Source: Acidobacteriota bacterium (GTDB lineage Bacteria; Acidobacteriota; UBA6911; RPQK01; JAJDTT01). Taken from it: DNA of 64,000 bases. The stretch is from the NCBI GenBank assembly GCA_965217775.1, contig CBDCJH010000002.1:1600001-1664000 (forward strand), in the 5' to 3' direction. This document shows positions 50,950-59,975 of this stretch, in pieces. The position numbers and the translations under genes are program-made. The notes under the pieces are model-generated. The model worked only from the letters and a program-made list of their open reading frames with translations, did no database searches and was not told the DNA's origin. How positions within the stretch are numbered: position 1 is the stretch's first letter; the number at the start of each line of letters is the position of its first letter.

Positions 50950-52172
50950 GCCCGTGTCTCTTCGATCAGAGCCCGATACAGGGTCAAATGGTCGCTTGCG
51001 TACCGGTCCAGCGTCAAGCCGGCCGCGGTCTCCCGGGCCGCGGCAGCCAAGCTCAGCCGGCGGTCATCCGAGAGGAGAATCGACTCGACACCGCGGACCA
51101 GATCATGGATCCGATCTGGGGCAAAGACGATCCCGTTGACCCGATGGCGAACGTACTCCACGAGGCCTCCGTCGCCGGATACGGCGGGGCAACAGCCCAG
51201 GAGCATCCCTTCCAGGTGGCTGCGTCCCGCTCCCTCGTTTCGAGCCGGATAGACCACGATCTCTGCCGCGGCATAGAGCGCGCGCAGTTCGGCCGGGGAA
51301 AGCGTGTCCAGGAAGGTGACGTGGCCGTCGAGATCCAGGTCTGAGACCATCTGCTCCAAGCTGGTTTTGTAGGGAAGTCCTTCAGGAAGGGTCGGACCCG
51401 GCAGAGCCAGCCTTACCCCCAGGCCGGCCTGCCGGACGGCCCGGCTTCGAACCACGCCGTTCAGGCCCCGGATCAGAAACTCGTGGTTCTTCCGCGGTAT
51501 GAACCGCGCCGGGTACACCAGAAGCCGATCCATCGTTCCCGGCGCCAGCCGTCGCCGCCAGGCTTTGCGATCGCCGTCCGTGACGGCGTCCGGATTCCAG
51601 AAGTCGGGATCCACGAAGAACCCGCGATAGTCGACGCGGGGAACGCCGAAAGCAGCAGCCGAAAAACGGGTCACGGCGCAGACACGATCCGCCAGACGGC
51701 AAGACTCCCGTAGGATTTCGGCCATCTCCGTTGTCGCGGGCCGTCCCTCATGGTGGGTGATCACGGTGGGGATTCCTGCGTCTTTGGCGGTCTCCAGAGC
51801 CACGACCTGGATTCGGTGCCGAACCAGGTGGACGTGCAGGAGATCGGGCCGTTCCCGCCGCAACAGCTCCACCAGGTGACGCCGGAACGCGGTGCAGGCC
51901 GTGTCGGAGTCCATGTCGGTGCGTCCGGGGGTACGCATGGGAACGAGGCAGGGAAAGACCCGGATCGGGGTTTGCGCCTCGAACCAACGGCCGTGCCTAT
52001 GCCTGACTTGTCCTGCGGATTCGAGCGCCTCCATCTGCGACTCTCCTACCAGGAAGGTCTGGAGTACCTCGACCCGGCCGGTCCGGACCAGCGCCCGGTT
52101 CAGCGCGCGGAGATGACCCATCAGGCCTCCGGTGTTGACCAGGTAGTCGTGAGAGAAGCGAAGGACCTTCAC
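50946..52172 (-). CDS. Glycosyltransferase family 4 (GT-B)
   Basis: PARFIPRKNH, YPARNEGAGRSHLEGM (EX7E), GGLVEYVRHRVNG. Confidence 0.85.
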   Translation of the reverse strand: MKVLRFSHDYLVNTGGLMGHLRALNRALVRTGRVEVLQTFLVGESQMEALESAGQVRHRHGRWFEAQTPIRVFPCLVPMRTPGRTDMDSDTACTAFRRHLVELLRRERPDLLHVHLVRHRIQVVALETAKDAGIPTVITHHEGRPATTEMAEILRESCRLADRVCAVTRFSAAAFGVPRVDYRGFFVDPDFWNPDAVTDGDRKAWRRRLAPGTMDRLLVYPARFIPRKNHEFLIRGLNGVVRSRAVRQAGLGVRLALPGPTLPEGLPYKTSLEQMVSDLDLDGHVTFLDTLSPAELRALYAAAEIVVYPARNEGAGRSHLEGMLLGCCPAVSGDGGLVEYVRHRVNGIVFAPDRIHDLVRGVESILLSDDRRLSLAAAARETAAGLTLDRYASDHLTLYRALIEETRA

Positions 52173-52184
52173 CGGGACGCGGCG

Positions 52185-53582
52185 TCAGGCCCTCGACCAG
52201 GGGCCGGTGATGGCCACCGTCAGGCCCTTTTGCTGGATGTTGACCAGGAGCGTGGAACCATCAGGGGTGAAGACGGCCCCGGCAAACTCGGTCCGGAGCC
52301 GATTGTTGGCCAGAACGTAGCACCGGCCCTCTGGTGTGACCCCGATGAGCCGAACGACCTCGGTGGATCGATCTTCGCAAAGGACCAGGTCGCCCCAAGG
52401 GCTCAGCGTCAGGTTGTCGGCACTCTTGAGGAGATCCACGTCGTCCGGTTCGATGAAGAGCTCGACGGTCCCGGGCGCTTGAAGCTCTTCGGGGGTCCCT
52501 TCCGCCGGACTTGGCCGGTACTTCCAGATCTGGCCGTTTCTGCGGTATCCCCCGTTGGTGCAGGCGAAATAGACCGTTTCATCGCCATACCACATGCCTT
52601 CTCCCCGGGCGAAGCGGGCGGCTCCGGCATCGTGTCCACGGTATCGCAGGTTGTCCTCACGGGGTTCCGGGTCCTCGAGATCGATCCACTCGACGGCCAC
52701 GGGTTCTCCGACGGGGATGGATCTCCAGAGGTTCCAGTTGCGGGTGTCCACGCCGCTCTGGTCCCGGATCTTGAGGGCCTGAAGCCGCCCTCCCGCCTGC
52801 AACTTCCCGGGGGACTCGGGCAGGAACCGGTAGAGGAGTCCGTCGCCCCGGTCTTCCGTCTGGTAGACGATTCCGGTCTCCTCAGCCACGGCGACGGCTT
52901 CGTGATTGAAACGGCCCATGGCGCGAAGAGGGACGGGGTCCGCGATCTCCATGCGCGTCGTGGCGGGAACCTCGAAATTGTAGCCATGGTCCTGGTCGGT
53001 CCGGATCCCGGCCTCCTGGTCGTGCCCGGCCGTCCGCACGGTCTCCTCGCAACTGATCCAGCTATTCCAGGGCGTCGCTCCGCCGGCACAGTTGCGTATG
53101 GTTCCCACCAGGCTCATGAACTGGGAGACGATCTCCTGGCGGGCCGGGTCGAAGAGGAACGTAGTGGTGCCGCCGCAGGACGGGGTCTTGCCTTCACCGT
53201 AGTCATAGATCTTGCCGCGATCCAGAAGCTCCAGCCGGCGGTTGTCCCTGCCGAACGGGCCGCGGTCCGATTGAACCGTCAACTCATGATTGCGGATCAC
53301 GACGGCGAGACCATCCGGTCCCGGAAAGGCGGCCATGCCGTCGGGCGCCCCGGGCAGGAACAGGCCGTCCGACATGGTCTGCCCGGCCCAGGACACGATC
53401 CGGTAACGGAACCCCTCGGGGAGATCCAGGATGCCCCTGGGGTCACGTTGCAACGGCCCGTACCCCGGATCCACCAGGTCGGCATCGGTGTAGAGGGGAC
53501 GGTCGCTCATCAAGTGCCGCAAGCCCAGGAAACCGGCGGGAACCAAGCCTCCCGCGATCAGAAAACGGCGGCGATCCAGCAT
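52185..53582 (-). CDS. phoX: PhoX/DUF839 family alkaline phosphatase, Tat-exported
   Basis: DRRRFL Tat motif, NCAGGATPWNSWISCEE, MGRFNHEA, RGEGMW, ADNL, EFAG. Confidence 0.88.
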   Translation of the reverse strand: MLDRRRFLIAGGLVPAGFLGLRHLMSDRPLYTDADLVDPGYGPLQRDPRGILDLPEGFRYRIVSWAGQTMSDGLFLPGAPDGMAAFPGPDGLAVVIRNHELTVQSDRGPFGRDNRRLELLDRGKIYDYGEGKTPSCGGTTTFLFDPARQEIVSQFMSLVGTIRNCAGGATPWNSWISCEETVRTAGHDQEAGIRTDQDHGYNFEVPATTRMEIADPVPLRAMGRFNHEAVAVAEETGIVYQTEDRGDGLLYRFLPESPGKLQAGGRLQALKIRDQSGVDTRNWNLWRSIPVGEPVAVEWIDLEDPEPREDNLRYRGHDAGAARFARGEGMWYGDETVYFACTNGGYRRNGQIWKYRPSPAEGTPEELQAPGTVELFIEPDDVDLLKSADNLTLSPWGDLVLCEDRSTEVVRLIGVTPEGRCYVLANNRLRTEFAGAVFTPDGSTLLVNIQQKGLTVAITGPWSRA

Positions 53583-53742
53583 CTTGTCTTCTCCCAATGA
53601 ACGCGGCGCGGCCGCGCCGTGCGAACTCCAAGTCTGACAGCGACTCAATGATTCTACAAGCGTCCGGCTCCGCCCGCGCCCGGCGAACTCGTCTATAATC
53701 GCTTCCAACAAACACGTTTGCGAGCATATTCCCCGAGGTCGA

Positions 53743-55008
53743 ATGTTCCTTACCTACAGAGGCCATCGCTGTCTTTCAATTCTCTTCAGCCTGTTCATCT
53801 GGACCAGCATCTCCCAGAGCCGGGCTGAGGTCCTGGGAGTGACGTTCCCCTACCGGGCTCCCAAGGGAGATTACGTCACCCAGCAGGACCGATACCATAC
53901 CTTCCGGATCCCGGGGATGGTCGTCACCGGCGACGGGTCGATTCTGGCCTTCGCGGAAGGCCGCCGGGGCCGGGGAAGGGATCCCACAATCGACGAGAAC
54001 GCCCCTCTCGATATGGTCCTGCGCCGGAGCACCGATCAAGGCAGGACCTGGGAACCGATGCAGGTCATCGATTCCGGTTTCCGGCCGGACGGCAGTCTGG
54101 TCGATTTCGCCGACCCGACTCCCGTTCTCGACGTCGTGACCCAGACCGTGCACCTGTTCTACGGACAGTGGCCCGACCGGGGCCCGCTGGTGATGAAGCC
54201 CGGTCAGAGCCCGGACGCCGACGCCGTCAATCATGTGACCTGGGTCCGCTCCAGCAGCGACCACGGCCGGAGCTGGTCCCGGCGCCGTCAGATCGACTAT
54301 CCGGATGAGCCGTCCGAAACCAACGACGGATTTTATTGGAGGCAGGCCGAACCGGGTCCCGGCCATGGAATCCAGCTCCAATGGCAGGATCCGCAGGTGG
54401 CCCCCAACGGCCGTCTCGTGGTTCCGGCAAAACGGTACCGTTCCCGGACTCCGGACGGACCGGCCACGGCGGAGCCGTTCGTCTACTATTCGGACGACCA
54501 CGGAAGAACCTGGAAGGTCGGAGGCGCCACCGCTGGACCCGCAGCCAACGAGGACGAGATCGTGGAGCTGACCGACGGCCGGTTGCTGCTGGACGCGCGG
54601 CAGACCCACGGCGATTTTCGTCGGCGCCACATCAGCGCCGACGGCGGCCTCACTTGGGGCCCCGACCTGTCGGACACCATAGCCCTCACCCGGGTGGACG
54701 GTTCCATGGTCCGCTATTCGGCGACCCGGGCCGGCCACGACAAGGACCGGATCCTGTTCTCGGCTCCCCAAGGCCGAGACGGTCTCAACCGGACGAGGAT
54801 CACCGTCTGGACCAGCTACGACGAGGGGAAGACGTTCGTCAATCCGGTCAAGTTCAACCATGGGTTCGCCGCCTATTCGGTTCTGCAACGGTTGTCGGAC
54901 GGGACCATCGGCCTCTTGGCGGAGACCTCCCGGAAGGAGGGCGTGAGATACGGTGAGATCAGCTTCCATCGTTTTGACATCGGCGAGTTGGAAAAGGGTT
55001 CCCGGTAG
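53743..55008 (+). CDS. Exo-alpha-sialidase (GH33)
   Basis: FRIP motif, five Asp boxes, AAYS. Confidence 0.88.
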   Translation: MFLTYRGHRCLSILFSLFIWTSISQSRAEVLGVTFPYRAPKGDYVTQQDRYHTFRIPGMVVTGDGSILAFAEGRRGRGRDPTIDENAPLDMVLRRSTDQGRTWEPMQVIDSGFRPDGSLVDFADPTPVLDVVTQTVHLFYGQWPDRGPLVMKPGQSPDADAVNHVTWVRSSSDHGRSWSRRRQIDYPDEPSETNDGFYWRQAEPGPGHGIQLQWQDPQVAPNGRLVVPAKRYRSRTPDGPATAEPFVYYSDDHGRTWKVGGATAGPAANEDEIVELTDGRLLLDARQTHGDFRRRHISADGGLTWGPDLSDTIALTRVDGSMVRYSATRAGHDKDRILFSAPQGRDGLNRTRITVWTSYDEGKTFVNPVKFNHGFAAYSVLQRLSDGTIGLLAETSRKEGVRYGEISFHRFDIGELEKGSR

Positions 55009-55029
55009 GCACCCGGGGAGGTCGAAACC

Positions 55030-56289
55030 ATGCAATCCGGGGCATGCAATTCAATCGCCGGCGTCTTCCTGCTCCTCCTGAGCGCTTTCGTGGGAGGTTC
55101 CGTACTGGCGGAAGCGCCGCCGGCCGCAGAAGCCGTGCAGGGCAAGGAACTGCTGATGGCCGCCTTCGTTGGGCGGACCGAAGTCACCATCTCTTTGGAA
55201 ATAAACTCGGACTATGAACAACCACCCTCGGTGGGATACTTGGATCTGGAGAACGGCAAAAAGCTGGAGCCCCGGTATGTCTTCGCCGACATGGTCGGCC
55301 TCGCGCCTGGCAATACGATAGTTACGCTCCGCAAGTCTCCCGAACAAGAATCCCGGTACCTGGTTCGGGTCGACTCGGACGGAGATGGAAACCTGCTGGA
55401 AGAAACGGAGCAGACCCTCGATCCGGAAACACCGGCTCGGGTACAAGTCTTGCGCCGTTGGCCGCGCGGATCGCGGGAACTGCAATACATCCTGTCCTAT
55501 CAGGTCTGGACTGATCGGAACGGGCAGGCCGCGCATTTGTTCTGGTGGAAACCACGTTATCGCGCGGAGGGTCGATTCCGATTCAAGAGCTGCGAGGGAC
55601 TCTTTGCGGTTGCGGACTTCGATGGAGACGGCGACTTCGATTTGACTGATTCGGCCCGCGGCACAACGATCCAATCCGACCGGAACGGGGATGGGAGAAT
55701 CTGGAGACAAGACGAAAGGTTGGGATCTGATCATGTCATTGAATTCTGTGGAGAAACTTTCTGGATCAGCGAACTCTCACCAGACGCCTCCTTCGTCAAG
55801 CTCGTGAAGACACTGGTTCGAATCCCGAAGGTCGGCGCTCAAGTGCCTTCATTCAAGGCCCAGACCACGGCTGGTGTAACGGTCACTTCGGACGACCTGA
55901 AGGGAGAGACCTACTTGATGGATTTCTGGGCATCGTGGTGCAAACCCTGTTTGGCAGGTTTTCCGAAACTCCAGGAACTCGACCTGAAATACGACGGCGG
56001 AGTGAAGGTGATCGCCGTCAACGTCGACCCAGAGACGAGTGCGGCAAACGCGGTCAAGATCATCAAGAAATACGATCTGAAATGGACTCACATCATGAGC
56101 GGAAGAGGCGATTCGGATCCCCTCTGGAGGACATTCGGCAGCATGGAGGGGATCCGGATGGCGATTCCCCTGTACGTGCTGGTGGACCCTCTGGGCGACA
56201 TTCGATATGCGGGCAACGGGGGGTGGAAGCTGGAAGATCTTGCCTCGAAAATCGAGTCCGTTCTGGTTCGACAAGACACCCAAAAGTGA
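55030..56289 (+). CDS. TlpA-like thioredoxin/redoxin with long N-terminal extension
   Basis: DFWASWCKPC active site, AIPLYVLVD; signal peptide. Confidence 0.85.
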   Translation: MQSGACNSIAGVFLLLLSAFVGGSVLAEAPPAAEAVQGKELLMAAFVGRTEVTISLEINSDYEQPPSVGYLDLENGKKLEPRYVFADMVGLAPGNTIVTLRKSPEQESRYLVRVDSDGDGNLLEETEQTLDPETPARVQVLRRWPRGSRELQYILSYQVWTDRNGQAAHLFWWKPRYRAEGRFRFKSCEGLFAVADFDGDGDFDLTDSARGTTIQSDRNGDGRIWRQDERLGSDHVIEFCGETFWISELSPDASFVKLVKTLVRIPKVGAQVPSFKAQTTAGVTVTSDDLKGETYLMDFWASWCKPCLAGFPKLQELDLKYDGGVKVIAVNVDPETSAANAVKIIKKYDLKWTHIMSGRGDSDPLWRTFGSMEGIRMAIPLYVLVDPLGDIRYAGNGGWKLEDLASKIESVLVRQDTQK

Positions 56290-56693
56290 ACGAAGGTCGC
56301 TTCATTATCGTCAGATATTCAGCGACCCGGTGAAAAATCCGGGCCACGAAAGCAATTCCGGCTGTTGTTTGATTATCTGACTGCGGTGAGAAATTCGGTG
56401 GAGTTTCGAGAGCGACCGGAATTTCGTCGTGGCCAATCCCTGCGGCCTGTCTTCCGGACTGCGTGCATTGGCGCCGTTCTGATTCCGATCCTGCTTACAG
56501 CCTGCAGTCACAAGCGGCCGATTCTGACCCGAACGGATCCGTCCGGTCCCTCGGCGCACCGAGGTAACAGCCCGTGGTGAAAGTCTCGCGAGCACCGAGA
56601 CCGTTCCTGCGCCCGCCGGACAAGGCGCGATGAGGGAGTATCCATGTTGCAAATCTTCCGATTTTCCAGGGATTGTTTCCTCCCTGGTTAGAC

Positions 56694-57647
56694 TCATCCG
56701 ACCGCCCTGACTGGCCGCGGTGTCCACACCCGATCCTGGCTCAGCAGGACGTTGGCCAAAATCACCATCTTGCGCATGATCGCCGTGAGCGCCACCTTCG
56801 GCGCCTTGCCCCGCTCACGCAGCTGGCGATACTTCTGGATGTAGTCCGGATTGTGTCGAATGGCGGTGAGGGCGGCCATATACAGCATCCGCCGCACCCG
56901 ATGCCGGCCCCCGCGGATGAAGCGACGTCCCTTCCAGGTCCCCGACTCCCGAGCCACCGGCGCCAGACCGGCCAAGCTGGCCACCGCCTTGGAGTCGATC
57001 TGTCCCAGTTCCGGCATCAGAGAGAGCAGGCCCGCGACCGTGACCGGACCCATTCCCGGAATCGAAGTCAGCACTTCGGCTTTGCGCGCCAGCGCCGGAT
57101 CGGCTTTCAGCAACTTGCGGAACTCGCCGTCCAGGGCCCGGATCTGGCGCTCAATCTGAGCCAGCCGCTGTCGCAAATGCCGCTTCACCATCGGGTGGCG
57201 CGCGTGGTGGCTCCGGTTGCGAGCCGCCGTCCGATCCTTCACCAGCCCGTCCCGCGCCGAGATCAGTTCCTCCAACTGGCGCTGCGTGGGCGAGGACACG
57301 TCCACACGCCGCAACGGGAGCGCCTCCCCCATCCGGGCCAGGATCCGGGCATCCACCGCGTCGGTCTTGGCCTCCTGGCCCAGCGCCTGCGCGAACCGCC
57401 GCGCCCGCATCGCGTTGACCCGAGCCAGTGGCAACCGAGCGGCCAGAGCTTCCTCCATCGCCCGGTGCCAGGGGCCCGTGGACTCATACACCACGCACCG
57501 GACCTCCGGTCCGATCCAGCGGGCCAGGGCCTGGAACCCTGCCGTGTCGTTGGGGAACCGCTTCGACCGTCCCGAAGGCCACTCGTGCACGTCCAAATGC
57601 GCCTTCGAGATGTCCACACCCACCGTCTTTGAGGTATCCTGAGTCAT
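56694..57647 (-). CDS. IS110 family transposase / bridge recombinase
   Basis: DEDD RuvC residues (GVDISK, YESTG, KTDAVDA), SIPGMG, LAGLAPVARESG with catalytic Ser, GGR..VRRMLYMAA. Confidence 0.96.
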   Translation of the reverse strand: MTQDTSKTVGVDISKAHLDVHEWPSGRSKRFPNDTAGFQALARWIGPEVRCVVYESTGPWHRAMEEALAARLPLARVNAMRARRFAQALGQEAKTDAVDARILARMGEALPLRRVDVSSPTQRQLEELISARDGLVKDRTAARNRSHHARHPMVKRHLRQRLAQIERQIRALDGEFRKLLKADPALARKAEVLTSIPGMGPVTVAGLLSLMPELGQIDSKAVASLAGLAPVARESGTWKGRRFIRGGRHRVRRMLYMAALTAIRHNPDYIQKYRQLRERGKAPKVALTAIMRKMVILANVLLSQDRVWTPRPVRAVG

Positions 57648-57654
57648 CTTTCCT

Positions 57655-57815
57655 TCCTCCTGTGCTTGTCGTGCGAGCCTTGACGCTCACGTATCCATTC
57701 AGGACGTTGGGAAAGACGGTGGCGGCCCCACTCCCTCCCGGCCCTTGACGGCCGGCATACATAACGGCCCGACCACCGCCGCCGAGGCGCCTCTGGCCAG
57801 AGGCGCCTCGGATGG
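57655..57815 (-). ncRNA. Predicted IS110 bridge RNA
   Basis: 5' hairpin at 57782-57811; target loop GTATGC-hairpin-GAGGGAG; donor loop ATGGATAC-hairpin-GACAAG; guides match the target and donor junctions; boundaries approximate. Confidence 0.85.
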
Positions 57816-58332
57816 ATCCTCCCAAAAGATCCCAACCCGTATCGGAATAACCCACCAGAAATCATGCCGGCGCCACCGAGCCAAGCCTGGACGATGGCTG
57901 GGTCACGGCCCTGCGCCTGCTGTCGCCACTGGCGGCGTTGACGGGGGCAGGGGGGGCCGGCCCCCCCTGAGACCCCCCGGATGCAAAGAGACACATACCC
58001 ACTTGAAATCCCTGAAACGAGAGCCCCGAGGCCCCCTCGTCACCCGGAACCCCCCTGTGGAAAATCAAAGATTTCCCACAGGGTGCTCCCTTTTTGCTGA
58101 CACCACAATCTGTACCCCCCCAAGAAGAAAGACAGACAAGAAATAACAGACAAGCATACCGGGAGTATGTGACCGAGTCGCAACGCAGTCCGCCGGGATG
58201 CAGGGACGGTCGAATGCCGTGACGACTTTTGCCACGGGCTGGTAAGGGTGCCGCAACCGAATCGGTTCCGGACTCCGCGCAACATCTTCACGGTTGGCGA
58301 AGGGCCGAAGCGGTCTACCAGAAAGCCTATAG

Positions 58333-58572
58333 CCCGCATTTCTCACCAGGCCGCTACGCGTATGATGAAAAATAATCTGTTTTTGAGCATTTACGCGGAT
58401 TTTTCCAAGGTTTCTCCGGGACAGACTGCGCTGGGCGCGCGCTCGCTGGTCTTTTTGCCCTCAGCGCGCACATGCTCCCTCAAACGTAGTTACCACTACG
58501 CTCTCGGTCGCGAGCGCGCGCTGAGGGCGAAAATCCTGCGCGATCGTCACGCCCCCTGGTGAGAAATGCGGG
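58333..58572. mobile_element. MITE-B (240 bp)
   Basis: Perfect 18-bp TIR CCCGCATTTCTCACCAGG / CCTGGTGAGAAATGCGGG; ATAG duplicated; internal hairpin TTTTGCCCTCAGCGCGC…GCGCGCTGAGGGCGAAAA. Confidence 0.9.
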
Positions 58573-59975
58573 ATAGGGACTCGGCGGACCCAGCGGTCCT
58601 GGACAAGTTGCTCACCACGCAATTTCTGATTCTGACGCGCCAGGCCGAGGAGGGAATCTACGGGCCCTTCCAGGTCATGAAGCTCTCTTCGCTCTGCTCC
58701 CGAGGAACCTCGTCCTTTCATGAGGCACTTTGCCGATCGGCACGGGAGCGGCTGCGGCAGCACCATCCGATACCCGCGGAGACGGCCCCAAATCCGTATT
58801 CAATCGGGGACGGTGACATGCCAATAGAGAATCCTCTGCTCGCGGCCTATCTCCGATTCCTCCTCACGGGCGAGCACCAAGAGTCCGAACCGTCCGGCAA
58901 GAATCCTCTTGAGGTCCTGGATCCGGACAGGACCTCACCGCTGACGCTCTACCTGGCCTGGAAAAACGGACGGCTCGAGAAGACCGCGGGTCATGTCGAA
59001 CGACATCCCGGTTTCGCCGAGCTGTTGCTCTACCGGGGAAACCGGCTGCTGGAGGAGACCAGATATGCGGAAGCCATCGACTCGATGACGGAAACCATTC
59101 GCCTCGTGCCCGAGTACACGAGAGCCACGGTCGCACTCGGTGAATTTCACCTTCGATCTCTGTATCTATACGAACGGGCTCTCCACTATTTCGAGGACAC
59201 GCTGACCTGGGATCCCCGGAACATTTCCGCCTTGTTCGGCCAGGGAGTGGCCCTTCATCTTTTGGGACGGTACGAACCATCCCAGCACTCCCTGGACCGC
59301 CTGCTGGAGCTGGAGCCGACGGTGTGGAAGACCATTCCCCAGGTATCACGCGAAAGTTTTCAGGCCCGGACCTGCTACTGGAAGGCCAAGAACTATTACG
59401 CGACTGGGTCATCGGAAAAGGCACGGGAATGGGTCGACCGAGCCTTGGCCGACTTGCCGCGCTCCGAACCGGTCCTGTATCTGTCTGGTCTGCTCCACCT
59501 GGAGAAATGGGATCTCGCCTCGGCTCGTTCCGAATTTCTCAAAGTCGTGGAAGGCGGCACCGAGTGGTGCGATGCGTACTATCAACTGGGAGTCATCAAC
59601 CAATCCCAGCCCGGACGAGACATCTTGTTCAACTTCATGAACAATGCCTATTGTCGACAGCGAAAGCTGACCAATCTGAAAGAGGGGTTGAAGCGAGTCG
59701 AAGACCTGGATCTGGACTCGACCAGAAAGGAAGAGGTGTTGCACGTCCTTCAGACTCGCCGGGACCGGCTCCGGGAAGAGACTTTTGCTTCGCTCTTCAA
59801 TATGACGGAAAGAGTAGGTTCGATTGGAGAACTGGACGCGACCGTATTCCATCAAGCGATGGAGGAGTTGTGGGATCGACTCTCCAATCCCGAGTAGTAG
59901 GGAAAATACTGTGCATGAACTGAATCGAGTCTTGGCAGATGTGCTCCGGCCAACTTCAGGCTCAAGGAGGATGAG

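Larger units (their letters stand above)
56637..58154 (-). mobile_element. IS110-family insertion sequence (~1.5 kb), bounded by a duplicated CT core
   Basis: No TIRs; AG (CT on minus strand) at 56637-38 and 58153-54; long 5' and short 3' non-coding ends. Confidence 0.92.
56568..58241 (+). mobile_element. MITE-A copy 6, split by an IS110 insertion
   Basis: Left half 56568-56638, right half 58153-58241; GTAA duplicated on both outer sides. Confidence 0.92.
56365..59897 (+). pseudogene. TPR lipoprotein gene disrupted by MITE-A(+IS110) and MITE-B
   Basis: Removing both insertions and one copy of each TSD restores a continuous frame: LLTACSHK…AHRG-KGAATES…VYQKAY-RDSADPAVLDKLL…TPR repeats. Confidence 0.85.

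Noticed and set aside
13759-58241. MITE-A repeats as a CRISPR array or integron attC sites
   Set aside because: Copies are dispersed, in both orientations, 158 bp long with TIRs and TSDs; no spacers, cas genes or integrase are present
56568-58241. IS110 transposase as the autonomous parent of MITE-A
   Set aside because: IS110 elements do not use TIRs or make 4-bp TSDs; the IS has its own CT-core junctions inside an otherwise complete MITE
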